Shown here: one piece after another, positions 40,041 through 49,794 of the stretch
Position numbering within the stretch: position 1 is the stretch's first letter
How the letters are laid out: each line of letters starts with the position of its first letter
NCBI GenBank assembly: GCA_035249905.1
Contig: DATFFT010000111.1
Span: 12,967 to 76,966 of the forward strand
Reading direction: 5' to 3'
Length of the DNA: 64,000 nt
Source of the DNA: Actinomycetota bacterium
Lineage (GTDB): Bacteria > Actinomycetota > UBA4738 > HRBIN12
Translations under genes and position numbers: made by a program
The notes under the pieces: model-generated
Databases searched by the model: none
Seen by the model: only the letters and a program-made list of their open reading frames with translations
Told to the model about the DNA's origin: nothing

Positions 40041-41423
40041 ATGGGTGATGTCTACGACGTAGCCGTGGTCGGAGGGGGGACGGCGGGGTACTCCGCCGCC
40101 CTGCGAGCAGCCCAACTGGGCCTCCGCGTCGCCCTCGTCGAGCGGGACGATCGCATCGGCGGCACCTGTCTGCTGCGGGGCTGCATCCCGACCAAGGCCT
40201 TGCTGCAGTCGGCAGCGGTGATGGATGCCGTGGACCGCTCGGACGAATGGGGGATCAAGGCTTCCGGCGAACCCGACTGGTCGGCGGTCAAGGCCTTCGA
40301 GGATGGCGTCGTGGACAAGCTCGTCAACGGCGTCACGGGGCTGGTGAAGGCCCGGAAGATCGATGTCGTCCATGGCCCGGCCCGGTTGGTGCCGGGCTCG
40401 GCGGCGCTCGATGTCGACGGCGCCCGCGTCGACGCTCGCGAGATCGTGATCGCCACCGGGTCGGCCCCCACGATGTTGCCTGGCGTCGAGCTCACCGACC
40501 GGATCATCACCAGCGACCAAGCCCTGCGGTACGACCGCATCCCCGAATCCGTCGTCGTGATCGGGGCCGGCGCCGTCGGTCTCGAGTTCGCATCCATCTA
40601 CCGATCGTTCGGAGCCGACGTCACGGTCGTCGAGGCACTTCCCCGGGTGGCCCCGCTCGAGGACGAGGAGGTTTCGAAGGAGATCTCCCGAGCCTTCCGC
40701 AAGCGGGGCATCACCACGATGGCCGGGGCGTCGGTGCAGCGGGTGGCCGACACCGGCGACGCCGTGGAGGTCACCTACGATGCAGGGAAGGGAGACGTCG
40801 ACGTGGTCGCCGACGTGTGCCTCGTCGCGGTCGGACGAGGCCCCGTGACCGAGGGGCTCGGCCTCGCCGAAGCCGGCGTCGCAACGCACGAGAAGGGATA
40901 CGTCGTCGTCGACGCCGAGCTGCGAACGAACGTCGACCACGTGTGGGCCATCGGCGACGTGGCCTCGACTCCCCTGCAGCTCGCGCACGCGGCGTTCACC
41001 GAGGGGTACGCCGCAGCCGAGCGCATCGCCGGACTCGACGTGCCCACCATCGACTACCCGAACATCCCGAAGGTCACCTACTGCACGCCGGAGATCGCGA
41101 GCGTCGGCCTGACCGAGGCGCAGGCGCGCGAAACGGGGCTCGACGTCGTGGTCGACAAGGTCGACTTCCGCGCCATCGGCAAAGCGAACATGCTCGGTGA
41201 GGGCGGATTCACCAAGCTCGTCGCCGAGGCCGACGGACCGGTTCGGGGCGTCCACATGATCGGGCCGCACGTGACCGACCTGATCGCCGAGGGCATGCTG
41301 ATCGTGAACTGGGAGGCACTCCCGGTCGAGGTGGCCGCGATGATGCACCCACACCCGACCCTGTCCGAAGGCATCGGCGAAGCCCATCTGGCACTCGCCG
41401 GCAAACCGTTGCACACCCCGTAG
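40041..41423 (+). CDS. lpdA: dihydrolipoyl dehydrogenase (E3)
   Basis: VAVVGGGTAGY FAD site, redox-active GGTCLLRGCIPTK, C-terminal HPHPTLSE. ATG 40041 chosen within track ORF 39873..41423. Confidence 0.95.
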   Translation: MGDVYDVAVVGGGTAGYSAALRAAQLGLRVALVERDDRIGGTCLLRGCIPTKALLQSAAVMDAVDRSDEWGIKASGEPDWSAVKAFEDGVVDKLVNGVTGLVKARKIDVVHGPARLVPGSAALDVDGARVDAREIVIATGSAPTMLPGVELTDRIITSDQALRYDRIPESVVVIGAGAVGLEFASIYRSFGADVTVVEALPRVAPLEDEEVSKEISRAFRKRGITTMAGASVQRVADTGDAVEVTYDAGKGDVDVVADVCLVAVGRGPVTEGLGLAEAGVATHEKGYVVVDAELRTNVDHVWAIGDVASTPLQLAHAAFTEGYAAAERIAGLDVPTIDYPNIPKVTYCTPEIASVGLTEAQARETGLDVVVDKVDFRAIGKANMLGEGGFTKLVAEADGPVRGVHMIGPHVTDLIAEGMLIVNWEALPVEVAAMMHPHPTLSEGIGEAHLALAGKPLHTP

Positions 41424-41438
41424 GGAGGTCCGCACCGA

Positions 41439-42503
41439 GTGGCGACCGAGGCCAGCGCCGCCCCATCCGACACGAGGGGAGTCCGCCCGCTGCCCGACGA
41501 CGAGCTCGTCGACATGCTGCACATGCTCAAGCTGTGCCGCTACTTCGACGAGCGCATCGAGGCGCTGTACCGCCAGGGGCGCCTTCCCGGAGCGATCTAC
41601 TCCGGGCGCGGACAGGAGGGCACCCACGTGGGCACCGCCTGGGCGCTTCGCCCCGAGGACTCGTTGTTCCCGACGCATCGCGACCTGTCGGCGCAGCTCA
41701 CGAAGGGACTCGATCTACGGCGCGTCATGGCTCAGTTCTGGGGGCGGATCGACGGATACACGCGCGGACGCGACGGCAACAGCCACATCGGCGACTGGCA
41801 GGGCAACCGGACGTTCACGGTCATGTCGCACCTGCCGATCGCCTACCCGGTCGCGGTGGGAGCGGCGCTCGCGTACAAGCTCGGGGGCCGCGACAACGTC
41901 GCGCTCGCGATCTGCGGCGACGGCGCCACCTCGAACGGCCGCTGGCACGAGGCCATCAACACCTCGGCCGTCCACCGGTTGCCGGTCGTCTGGGTCGTGA
42001 ACAACAACCGGTTCGCGTACTCGACGCCGAACGAGCTCGAGTTCGCGGTGGCCACGATCGCGGAGCGAGCCGCGGCCTACGGCATCCCCGGGGTTCGCGT
42101 CGGCGGCGGCGACGTGCTCGCGGTGTACGAGGCGACCCACGCGGCGGTCGAGCGGGCACGGGCCGGCGAAGGACCGACGCTGATCGAGTCGGTCTCGTTG
42201 CGATGGCGGGGACACGCGGGGCACGACCCGGCCAAGTACGTGCCCGAGGAGATGCTGCAGGAACACATGGCCGACGTCGATCCCGTGCGCAACTTCGAGG
42301 AGTACCTGCTCACCGAGGGCGTCATCACCAAGGAAGACGTCGAGCAGATCGAGCGGCGCGTCGAGGCGGAGTTCGAGGAGGGCTACGAGTTCGCTCTCGC
42401 GTCCCCGTTCCCCGAGCCGGGGGACGCGACGAAGGGGCTCTGGGTCGAGGACGGCTACTGGACGAGCGAGCCCGGCCGGGGCGGCGGCACGGAGGCCGGA
42501 TGA
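41439..42503 (+). CDS. 2-oxoacid dehydrogenase E1 component, alpha subunit (TPP-dependent)
   Basis: 354 aa. GQEGTHVG, TPP motif GDGATSNG...NN. Confidence 0.9.
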   Translation: MATEASAAPSDTRGVRPLPDDELVDMLHMLKLCRYFDERIEALYRQGRLPGAIYSGRGQEGTHVGTAWALRPEDSLFPTHRDLSAQLTKGLDLRRVMAQFWGRIDGYTRGRDGNSHIGDWQGNRTFTVMSHLPIAYPVAVGAALAYKLGGRDNVALAICGDGATSNGRWHEAINTSAVHRLPVVWVVNNNRFAYSTPNELEFAVATIAERAAAYGIPGVRVGGGDVLAVYEATHAAVERARAGEGPTLIESVSLRWRGHAGHDPAKYVPEEMLQEHMADVDPVRNFEEYLLTEGVITKEDVEQIERRVEAEFEEGYEFALASPFPEPGDATKGLWVEDGYWTSEPGRGGGTEAG

Positions 42504-43549
42504 TGGCGGCGACCGTCGACGTCGGCTCGGCAGCGGCCGGGCACGGTGCGGAACCTCGAGGCAAGCGGAGCGATGGCCAGGCCACGTACCTGATCGCGAT
42601 CGCCGAGGCTCTGTGGGAAGAGATGGAGCGCGACGAGCGGGTCTACATGCTCGGCGAGGACATCGGGGTCTACGGCGGCGCGTTCAAGGTCACCGAGGGC
42701 TTCCTCGATCGGTTCGGCGCCGATCGGGTGATCGACATGCCGATCGCGGAGGAGACGATCGTCGGCACGGCGGTCGGCTCGGCCATGGAAGGGCTTCGCC
42801 CGGTCGCGGAGTTCCAGTACGCCGACTTCATGTCCTCCGGCTTCGACTCGATCTCCACCCTGCTCGGGCGGTACCACTACCGCTCCGGGGTTCCACTGCC
42901 GGTCGTGTTGCGGGGGCCATCGGGTGGGTACGTTCGGGCGTCCTCCTTCCACTCGGTCAATCCCGAGCCGTGGTTCGCCTACGGGGGCGGCATCAAGATC
43001 GTCGCCCCGTCGTTCCCGGCCGATGCGAAGGGCCTGATGAAGTCGGCCGTCCGAGACGACAACCCCGTGATGTTCCTCGAGCACAAGTGGATCTACCGAC
43101 GCATCAAGGAGCAGGTGCCGACCGATCCGGACTTCCTCGTTCCCATCGGCTCGGCCAACGTCCGGCGCGAGGGAACCGACGTCACGATCGTCACGTACGG
43201 CGCGTTGGTGCACAAGTCGCTCGAGGCGGCGGAGAACCTCGCGCAGCGAGGCATCTCGGCCGAGGTCGTCGATCTGCGGACGGTCTACCCGATCGACGAG
43301 GAGACGGTGCTCGCCTCGATCGCGAAGACCTCGAGGGCCCTCGTGGTGACCGAGAGCTACCGATTCGTCGGCATCGGCGCGGAGGTGGGCGCGACGATCG
43401 CCGAGAAGGCTTTCGACCAGCTCGACGCCCCCGTGACACGGCTTGCGCCCCCGAACATGCCGGTGCCCTTCTCCCCCACCCTCGAGGATGCGTTCCTCCC
43501 CCAGATCGCCGACATCGAACTCGCCGTCGAGGAGTTGTCCGCCTGGTGA
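42500..43549 (+). CDS. 2-oxoacid dehydrogenase E1 component, beta subunit
   Basis: LGEDIGVYGGAFKVT...VIDMPIAEE...EFQYADF. ATG 42500 overlaps the alpha-subunit stop (ATGA). Confidence 0.9.
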   Translation: MMAATVDVGSAAAGHGAEPRGKRSDGQATYLIAIAEALWEEMERDERVYMLGEDIGVYGGAFKVTEGFLDRFGADRVIDMPIAEETIVGTAVGSAMEGLRPVAEFQYADFMSSGFDSISTLLGRYHYRSGVPLPVVLRGPSGGYVRASSFHSVNPEPWFAYGGGIKIVAPSFPADAKGLMKSAVRDDNPVMFLEHKWIYRRIKEQVPTDPDFLVPIGSANVRREGTDVTIVTYGALVHKSLEAAENLAQRGISAEVVDLRTVYPIDEETVLASIAKTSRALVVTESYRFVGIGAEVGATIAEKAFDQLDAPVTRLAPPNMPVPFSPTLEDAFLPQIADIELAVEELSAW

Positions 43550-43574
43550 GAGATCCAGTTCAGGAAGGAAGCCG

Positions 43575-44930
43575 ATGACCTCGATCCAGATGCCCCAGCT
43601 CGGCGAGACGATCGTCGAGGGAACGATCCTGAAGTGGCTGAAGGCGGAGGGCGAGGAGGTCGACCGCGACGAGCCGTTGTTCGAGATCTCGACGGACAAG
43701 GTCGACACCGAGGTGCCCTCGCCGGTCGCGGGCAGGCTGACGAAGATCGTCGTGGCCGAGGGGGAGACGGTTCCGGTGGGTACCGAGCTGGCGATGATCG
43801 ACTCCGGGAACGGGGAGGGTCCCGCCGACGCTTCCCCGTCCGGGGCAGCCGCGGCGTCAGCCGAGGCGCCTGCGCAGGATGCCGACGCGGGGGCAGGCAC
43901 CGTCGCGCCGGACGAGACGAGCGATGCTTCCCTCGCCCCGGCCGGCGCACCCCCGGCTCCCGCGGGGGCCTCGACGTCAGAGGCACCCTCGGTTCCCGAC
44001 CGAGGCCCGCGGTCGCAGATCCTCTCGCCGCTGGTCCGACGGCTGGCACAGGAGCACGGGATCGATCTCGCGACCGTGTCCGGCACGGGCACGGGAGGCC
44101 GCATCACGAAGGCCGACGTGATGGCCGCGGTCCCGTCGGGAAGCGGGGAACGGGCCGCCGCCTCGCAGCCCGCCCCGAGCGCGCCGGCCCAGGTGGCGCC
44201 CCCGTCGATCGGGGCGGGTGCGGCGCAGGGCGAAACCGTCGAGCCCCTGTCGCACATCCGCAAGGCGATCGCGACGCACATGCTGGCCTCGGTCAACGAG
44301 ACCGCCCGCGCGTGGACCATGGTCGAGGTCGACGTCGATCACCTCGTGAAGCTCCGGGAGCGCGCGAAGGAAGGCTTCCTGGCGACCCATGGCGTCAAGC
44401 TCACCTACCTGCCGTTCGTGGTCCGCGCGACCGTCGATGCCCTGAAGGCCTTCCCGGCCGTGAACTCGCGCATCGACGGCGAGAACGTGGTGACACCTCG
44501 CGGGGTGCACATGGGCATCGCGGTGAGCTACGACGCGGGGTTGATCGTGCCGGTCATCAAGGATGCCGATGCGATGAACAGCGTGGGCATCGCGCGGGCC
44601 ATCACCGACCTCGCGGCTCGCGCACGGGCGCACCAGCTCAAGCCCGACGAGGTGCAGGGCTCGACGTTCGCGATCACGAACCCGGGCCCGTACGGCTCCC
44701 TCGTGAGCGTGCCGATCATCAACCAGCCCAACGTGGCCATCCTCGCGCTCGACGCCATCCAGAAGCGGCCCGTGGTGGTCGAGGGCGACGCGATCGCGGT
44801 CCGCAGCGTCGTGTACGTCTCGATGTCATGGGACCATCGACTGCTCGACGGCGAGATCGCGACGCGGTTCCTGGCTCGCGTCAAGCAGAACCTCGAGAGC
44901 TGGGACTTCGCCGAGGACCTCGGGATCTGA
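43575..44930 (+). CDS. dihydrolipoamide acyltransferase (E2), one lipoyl domain
   Basis: Lipoyl-Lys motif EISTDKVDTEV, Ala/Pro linker, PSBD (SPLVRRLAQEHGIDL), catalytic DHRLLDG. Confidence 0.9.
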   Translation: MTSIQMPQLGETIVEGTILKWLKAEGEEVDRDEPLFEISTDKVDTEVPSPVAGRLTKIVVAEGETVPVGTELAMIDSGNGEGPADASPSGAAAASAEAPAQDADAGAGTVAPDETSDASLAPAGAPPAPAGASTSEAPSVPDRGPRSQILSPLVRRLAQEHGIDLATVSGTGTGGRITKADVMAAVPSGSGERAAASQPAPSAPAQVAPPSIGAGAAQGETVEPLSHIRKAIATHMLASVNETARAWTMVEVDVDHLVKLRERAKEGFLATHGVKLTYLPFVVRATVDALKAFPAVNSRIDGENVVTPRGVHMGIAVSYDAGLIVPVIKDADAMNSVGIARAITDLAARARAHQLKPDEVQGSTFAITNPGPYGSLVSVPIINQPNVAILALDAIQKRPVVVEGDAIAVRSVVYVSMSWDHRLLDGEIATRFLARVKQNLESWDFAEDLGI

Positions 44931-44935
44931 CCGCG

Positions 44936-45634
44936 GTGCGGCGCGCCTGGCTGTTCGAACCGGCCGGCCCCGTCCGATACGAGGCCTCGAACGAAGCGAT
45001 GCACGATCTCGCCGAACGTCGGCTGTCCGACGAAGCCCCGGACTCGTTGATCCTGCTCGAGCACCCGCCCGTATTCACCGCGGGCCGGCGGTCCAAGCCG
45101 GAGCACCTCGTCTGGAGCGAGCGCGAAGCCGCCGCCCGCGGCGCGGCCGTGCACCACATCGACCGAGGGGGCTCGTTCACGTTCCACGGCCCGGGGCAGC
45201 TCGTCGGATACCCGATCCTGCACCTGGGCGTGCGGCCCGATGCCGCGGCCTACCTCCGTGCACTCGAGGACGCCGTGATCCGCACCGGGGCGTCGCTGGG
45301 GGTCGAGCTGCACCGGCGCGACGACGTGCAGACCGGCGTGTACGCGGGCGACGACAAGGTGTGTGCGATCGGGGTGCGCCTGATGCGCACCCGCGTGACG
45401 TTGCACGGGTTCGCGATCAACTGCGACACCGACCTCTCGTGGTTCGACGGCATCGTCGCGTGCGGGCTTCCCGACAACGGTGTGACGTCGCTCTCCGCGT
45501 TGTTCGATCGAGACGTCACGGTCGACGAGGTTCGGCCGATCGCACGCCGCGCCCTCGCAGACGTGTTCGGTCTCGACTACGTGCCGGCGCCCCCCGACGA
45601 GCTCGAGCGGTTCCGTTCGGCGCTGGTGGCGTGA
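44936..45634 (+). CDS. lipB: lipoyl(octanoyl) transferase
   Basis: LLEHPPVFTAG...RGGSFTFHGPGQLVGYP...KVCAIGV. GTG 44936 inferred. Confidence 0.9.
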   Translation: MRRAWLFEPAGPVRYEASNEAMHDLAERRLSDEAPDSLILLEHPPVFTAGRRSKPEHLVWSEREAAARGAAVHHIDRGGSFTFHGPGQLVGYPILHLGVRPDAAAYLRALEDAVIRTGASLGVELHRRDDVQTGVYAGDDKVCAIGVRLMRTRVTLHGFAINCDTDLSWFDGIVACGLPDNGVTSLSALFDRDVTVDEVRPIARRALADVFGLDYVPAPPDELERFRSALVA

Positions 45635-45642
45635 GCCTGCGG

Positions 45643-46389
45643 TCAGCCGCGGTCGGCCACCAACGCGTACTGGGGACGGTGCTCGAGCCACCGGAGCGGC
45701 CACGCCTCGTGTGAGCGGGCCGCCCATTCCACGTCGCGCAGTCGATGGATGCGGATCCCGGTCCACCCGGACGCGTCGACGGCCTCGATGAACGGGAGCG
45801 GTGACAACGAATCGGCCAACGGCAGCGTGTCGAGCACCTCGTCCGGATACGGGGCATGGTGATGGTCGGCGACGCCCGTCACACGCCGGGTCGCGGTGGC
45901 GGCCGCATCCTTCAAGCGGGCGACGACTCCTTCCTGATGCCAGACGCCTTCGAACAGCACGAGCTGGCCTCCCGGCTTCGTCACCTCGCGCCACGCCCGG
46001 AGGGCTCCCACGGGGTCGGGCATCGTCCAGAGCACGTGGCGTTCCATCACGGCGTCGAACGGACCCTCGGGAGGCGTCATCGCCGACCCGACCTGGAACA
46101 CGACCTCGAGCCCCCGAGAGTCGGCCTTCTCGCGGGCCCTCGACAGCATGGCCTCCGAGAGATCGAGGGCGGTGACGCGGTAGCCGAGCTCAGCCGCGAG
46201 CAGACCGACCGAGCCGGTCCCTGCGCCCGCGTCGAGGACGGCAGCAGGCGGTTCCGGCAGCACCCGCCTCATGAGGGCTCGCCACGCGGCGGCCTCCAGC
46301 GGGTCGGAGACCGCATGCGACGCGGAACGGTCGTAGGAGGCCGCGTCTCGGTCCCAGTAGTCGCGGATGCGGCCGTGGGTGTCGGTCAC
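45643..46389 (-). CDS. class I SAM-dependent methyltransferase
   Basis: 248 aa. VLDAGAGTGSVG motif I and Methyltransf_11-like spacing. Confidence 0.85.
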   Translation of the reverse strand: MTDTHGRIRDYWDRDAASYDRSASHAVSDPLEAAAWRALMRRVLPEPPAAVLDAGAGTGSVGLLAAELGYRVTALDLSEAMLSRAREKADSRGLEVVFQVGSAMTPPEGPFDAVMERHVLWTMPDPVGALRAWREVTKPGGQLVLFEGVWHQEGVVARLKDAAATATRRVTGVADHHHAPYPDEVLDTLPLADSLSPLPFIEAVDASGWTGIRIHRLRDVEWAARSHEAWPLRWLEHRPQYALVADRG

Positions 46390-46416
46390 GAGAGGTTGTC
46401 CCCGCCCCCGGATGCG

Positions 46417-47235
46417 TCAGAAGAGCCGCGCGGCGAGCTTCGGCCGATACTCGGCCACCAGCGGGTCGTCATCGAGCGTGGCGAACACGTCGACCATCGA
46501 CTCCCTCGCCGCGTCGGCGTCCTCGTCGAACGAGGCGAGCAGGCCATCGAGCGCCTCGCGCCAACGCCCGGCGGCGGCGGCCCGGCGTGCGTCGCCGATC
46601 GCACCGTCGCCCGCGCCCGCCTCCCATCTGTGCACGCGAACGATCGACATCACGCGTTCGGCCTCGGCGTCGGGGAGCAGCGGCTCCACGAGCGCTTCGG
46701 CCCCCTCGAGCTCTCCCCGGCCCGCGAGGATCCGGGCGAGGCCGATCGCCGCCTCACCGTTCTCGGGGTCCTTCTCGAGCGCGTCGCGGTAGCCCGCCTC
46801 GGCCGACTCGAGATCCCCCGCGGTCTCTTCGGCGAGCGCCTCAACGGCCTCGACCTCGGCCTGGGTCGGCACGATCGTGTCGATGAACCGGTTCACTTCC
46901 TGCTCGGGATAGGCCCCGATGAACATGTTGACCGGCTGCCCGTCACGGAAGGCAACCACGGTCGGTATGCCCTGGCTCTGGACGGCCTGGAGCAGGGCGT
47001 TGCCCACGGCGTTCGCGTCGACGTCGAGCTTCGCCAGCAGGAAGGCACCCTCACGCTCGGTGGCGACCTTCTCGAGGATCGGGCCGAGCGTTCGGCACGG
47101 CGCGCACCACGACGCCCACATGTCCACGACGACGGGCCGTTGCTTCGACCCCTCGATCACGACCTGTTCGAAATCGGCGTCGGTGACGTCGACCACATGC
47201 GTGGCCGCGGTGCTCGCGTTGCTCATGTCGACCAT
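46417..47235 (-). CDS. thioredoxin-domain plus TPR protein (YbbN/CnoX-like)
   Basis: VVVDMWASWCAPCR (WCxPC) followed by a TPR-like helical C-terminal half. Confidence 0.85.
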   Translation of the reverse strand: MVDMSNASTAATHVVDVTDADFEQVVIEGSKQRPVVVDMWASWCAPCRTLGPILEKVATEREGAFLLAKLDVDANAVGNALLQAVQSQGIPTVVAFRDGQPVNMFIGAYPEQEVNRFIDTIVPTQAEVEAVEALAEETAGDLESAEAGYRDALEKDPENGEAAIGLARILAGRGELEGAEALVEPLLPDAEAERVMSIVRVHRWEAGAGDGAIGDARRAAAAGRWREALDGLLASFDEDADAARESMVDVFATLDDDPLVAEYRPKLAARLF

Positions 47236-47281
47236 GTCCTCCAGCCTCTCACACGCCCATCGCTACGTCGGGTCCGCCGGC

Positions 47282-47554
47282 TCACCTCGCCAGCCTGCCG
47301 ACCGCGGTCATCACCTCTTCGATGCCGGCCCCCCGGCTTCCCCCGTCGGCCGACCCGCGAAGGCACCGACGAACGTGTTCGTCGAGCAGGCCCAGGCCGA
47401 CCGCCCGTAGGGCGGCCTGCACCGAGTTCAGCTGTGTGAGGACGTCGATGCAATGCGCGTCGTCGTCGATCATGCGCTGCAGACCTCTCACCTGACCTTC
47501 GATGCGCCGCAGACGATCCCGGATCGCCTTCTCGTCCATCTCGTATGCGGACAC
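47282..47554 (-). CDS. csoR: CsoR/RcnR-family metal-sensing transcriptional repressor (C-H-C fingerprint)
   Basis: RLRRIEGQVRGLQRMI...AHCIDVL...DEHVRRC. Cys, then His at +25 and Cys at +29, as for M. tuberculosis CsoR C36/H61/C65. The start is ambiguous (GTG 47554, ATG 47539 or GTG 47602). Confidence 0.85.
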   Translation of the reverse strand: MSAYEMDEKAIRDRLRRIEGQVRGLQRMIDDDAHCIDVLTQLNSVQAALRAVGLGLLDEHVRRCLRGSADGGSRGAGIEEVMTAVGRLAR

Positions 47555-47633
47555 CCGCCCTCCTCGCCGCGCTGATCGTCGGTTGACCGCGAGTGATCGC
47601 ACACCCGTCGTTCACGGTCCGACAGGCGACGAC

Positions 47634-47652
47634 TATACCATGGGGGGGTATA
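47634..47652. promoter_or_regulatory. candidate CsoR-family operator: TATACC-ATGGGGG-GGTATA (G-tract palindrome) overlapping a minus-strand TATAGT -10 box
   Basis: Read directly at 47634-47652. AT-rich inverted arms flank a G7 tract, as in known CsoR/RcnR sites. It lies in the divergent region between csoR and the second E1 alpha gene. Confidence 0.45.
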
Positions 47653-47733
47653 TGCCGGAACGGTCGTTCGGCCGAGGACCGAGCCGGATGCTGGGTGTAT
47701 GCTCGAAACCACGGTGCGAGGGAGCTCGAGCAG

Positions 47734-48765
47734 GTGTCGACCCAGGTAGCGTCCACCCCGCACGGGGCGCTGGGACTCAGCGACGACGACCTGCTCTCGA
47801 TGTATCGCACCGTGATCACGGCCCGCCTGCTCGACGAGGCCGCGCTCCGTCAGAACCGCATGGGCAGGGCACCGTTCGTCGTGCCGGCCGAAGGCCACGA
47901 AGCGTGCCAGGTCGGGACCGCCTGGGCCATGCGCAGGGGCGTCGACGTCTGGCTGCCTTACTACCGTGACGGCGCCGTGGTGCTCACGGCCGGGATGACG
48001 CCGTACGAGGTCTTCCTCGGCATCTTCGCGAAGGCCGACGACCCGTCGAGCGGTGGGCGGCAGATGCCGTCGCACTGGGGCCACCGCGAGCTCGGCATCA
48101 TCACGGGCTCCTCCCCCATCGCGACCCAGGTCCCCCACGCCGCGGGGATCGCCTACGCCGTGAGGTACCGCGGAGAAGACGCGGTGGTCGCGAGCTGGTT
48201 CGGCGACGGCGCTACGAGCGAGGGCGACTGGCACGAGGGGCTGAACTTCGCCGGCATCCATCGGCTTCCGGTGATCTTCGTGTGCGAGAACAACGAGTAC
48301 GCGATCAGCGTGCCCCAGTCGAAGCAGATGGCGATCGAGAACGTCGCCGACCGGGCGGCCGGATACGGGTTCCCAGGGGTGGTCGTCGACGGCAACGATG
48401 TGCTGGCCTGCTACGCGGCGATGAAACAGGCGCACGAGCGCGCGAGAGCCGGCGATGGCCCGACCCTGATCGAGTGCAAGACATACCGCTTCCTCGGCCA
48501 CACGAGCGACGACGACGACAAGACCTACCGCTCCCGCGACGAGGTCGAACAGGCGCGCGATCGAGACCCCGTGCACGTGTTCGGGGAGTACCTGCGCACC
48601 AGCGGCGTGCTCGACGACGTGGGCGCCGAAGAGCTCCGAGCCGCCGTGAAGGGCGAGATCGACGACGCCCTGTCCGCGGCATGGGAGGCTTCCGATCCCG
48701 AGCCGGCCTCCGCGATGCGGCACGTGTTCGCCGAGCCCGGCGATCCCGAGGGCGGCGGCCGTTGA
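47734..48765 (+). CDS. 2-oxoacid dehydrogenase E1 alpha subunit, second paralogue
   Basis: GHEACQVG, GDGATSEGDWHEGLNFA, VCENNEYAIS. GAGGGAG SD lies upstream of GTG 47734. Confidence 0.9.
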   Translation: MSTQVASTPHGALGLSDDDLLSMYRTVITARLLDEAALRQNRMGRAPFVVPAEGHEACQVGTAWAMRRGVDVWLPYYRDGAVVLTAGMTPYEVFLGIFAKADDPSSGGRQMPSHWGHRELGIITGSSPIATQVPHAAGIAYAVRYRGEDAVVASWFGDGATSEGDWHEGLNFAGIHRLPVIFVCENNEYAISVPQSKQMAIENVADRAAGYGFPGVVVDGNDVLACYAAMKQAHERARAGDGPTLIECKTYRFLGHTSDDDDKTYRSRDEVEQARDRDPVHVFGEYLRTSGVLDDVGAEELRAAVKGEIDDALSAAWEASDPEPASAMRHVFAEPGDPEGGGR

Positions 48766-49751
48766 CCGAGAAGAACGTCGTCACCGCGATCCGTGACGCC
48801 CTGCACGACGAGATGGCCGACGACGATCGCATCGTGCTGCTCGGCGAGGACGTGGGCAACCGCGGCGGTGTGTTCCGGATCAGCGCGGGGTGGATGGACG
48901 AATTCGGGGAAGCACGGGTGATCGACACGCCCCTGGCGGAATCGGGCCTGGTGGGCGTCGCGATCGGCATGGCCCTGCATGGCATGCTCCCGGTCGCCGA
49001 GATCCAGTTCGCGGACTTCATCCACCCCGCGTTCGACCAGATCGTGTCCGAAGCGGCGCGCATCCGCTACCGATCGAACGGTTCGTTCGGTGTCCCGCTC
49101 GTGATCCGCGCGCCCTGTGGGGGTGGCATCCACGGGGCTCTCTACCACTCGCAATCGATCGAGGCGTTCTTCGCCCATGTCCCCGGGCTCAAGGTCGTGA
49201 TGCCGGCCACGCCGGCCGATGCGGCCGGCCTGCTGCGCGCCTCGATCGCCGATCCCGACCCGGTGCTCTTCCTCGAGCACAAGAAGACCTACCGGGCCAT
49301 CACCGGCGACGTGCCCGAGGAGCGCCATCTCGTCCCGATCGGGAAGGCCGACGTGAAACGCGAAGGATCCGATCTGACGTGCGTGAGCTACGGGTACGCG
49401 CTGCACACGTGCCTCGACGCGGCCGGTCGCCTGCAGCAGGACGAAGGCGTCTCGGTCGAGGTGGTCGACGTCCGGACGTTGGCGCCGCTCGACACGGGAA
49501 CGATCCTCGATTCGGTGCGCCGCACCTCGAAGGCGATCGTCGTGTACGAGGACAACCGCACCTACGGCGCCGGCGCCGAGATCGTGTCGACGATCGCCGA
49601 GGAAGCGATGTTCGACCTCGATGCGCCGGTCGTTCGGATCGGGGGACCGGACGTGCCGGCGATGCCGTTCGCGGCGCCGCTCGAGCATTACTTCATGGAG
49701 CCCGAGCCCGACCAGATCTACCGACGCATGCTCGACCTGGCCCGAGCCTGA
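48762..49751 (+). CDS. 2-oxoacid dehydrogenase E1 beta subunit, second paralogue
   Basis: LGEDVGNRGGVFRIS...VIDTPLAES...EIQFADF. The only plausible start is TTG 48762, overlapping the alpha stop (TTGA). Confidence 0.85.
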   Translation: MTEKNVVTAIRDALHDEMADDDRIVLLGEDVGNRGGVFRISAGWMDEFGEARVIDTPLAESGLVGVAIGMALHGMLPVAEIQFADFIHPAFDQIVSEAARIRYRSNGSFGVPLVIRAPCGGGIHGALYHSQSIEAFFAHVPGLKVVMPATPADAAGLLRASIADPDPVLFLEHKKTYRAITGDVPEERHLVPIGKADVKREGSDLTCVSYGYALHTCLDAAGRLQQDEGVSVEVVDVRTLAPLDTGTILDSVRRTSKAIVVYEDNRTYGAGAEIVSTIAEEAMFDLDAPVVRIGGPDVPAMPFAAPLEHYFMEPEPDQIYRRMLDLARA

Positions 49752-49794
49752 CCTCGACCCGAAGGCGGTCAGGTCTCGACGGCGGGCTCCATCC

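Noticed and set aside
38892-41678. 928-aa minus-strand ORF spanning gcvT and lpdA
   Set aside because: It is out of frame with the genuine gcvT and antisense to lpdA. Its composition is low-complexity and Arg/Gly-rich.
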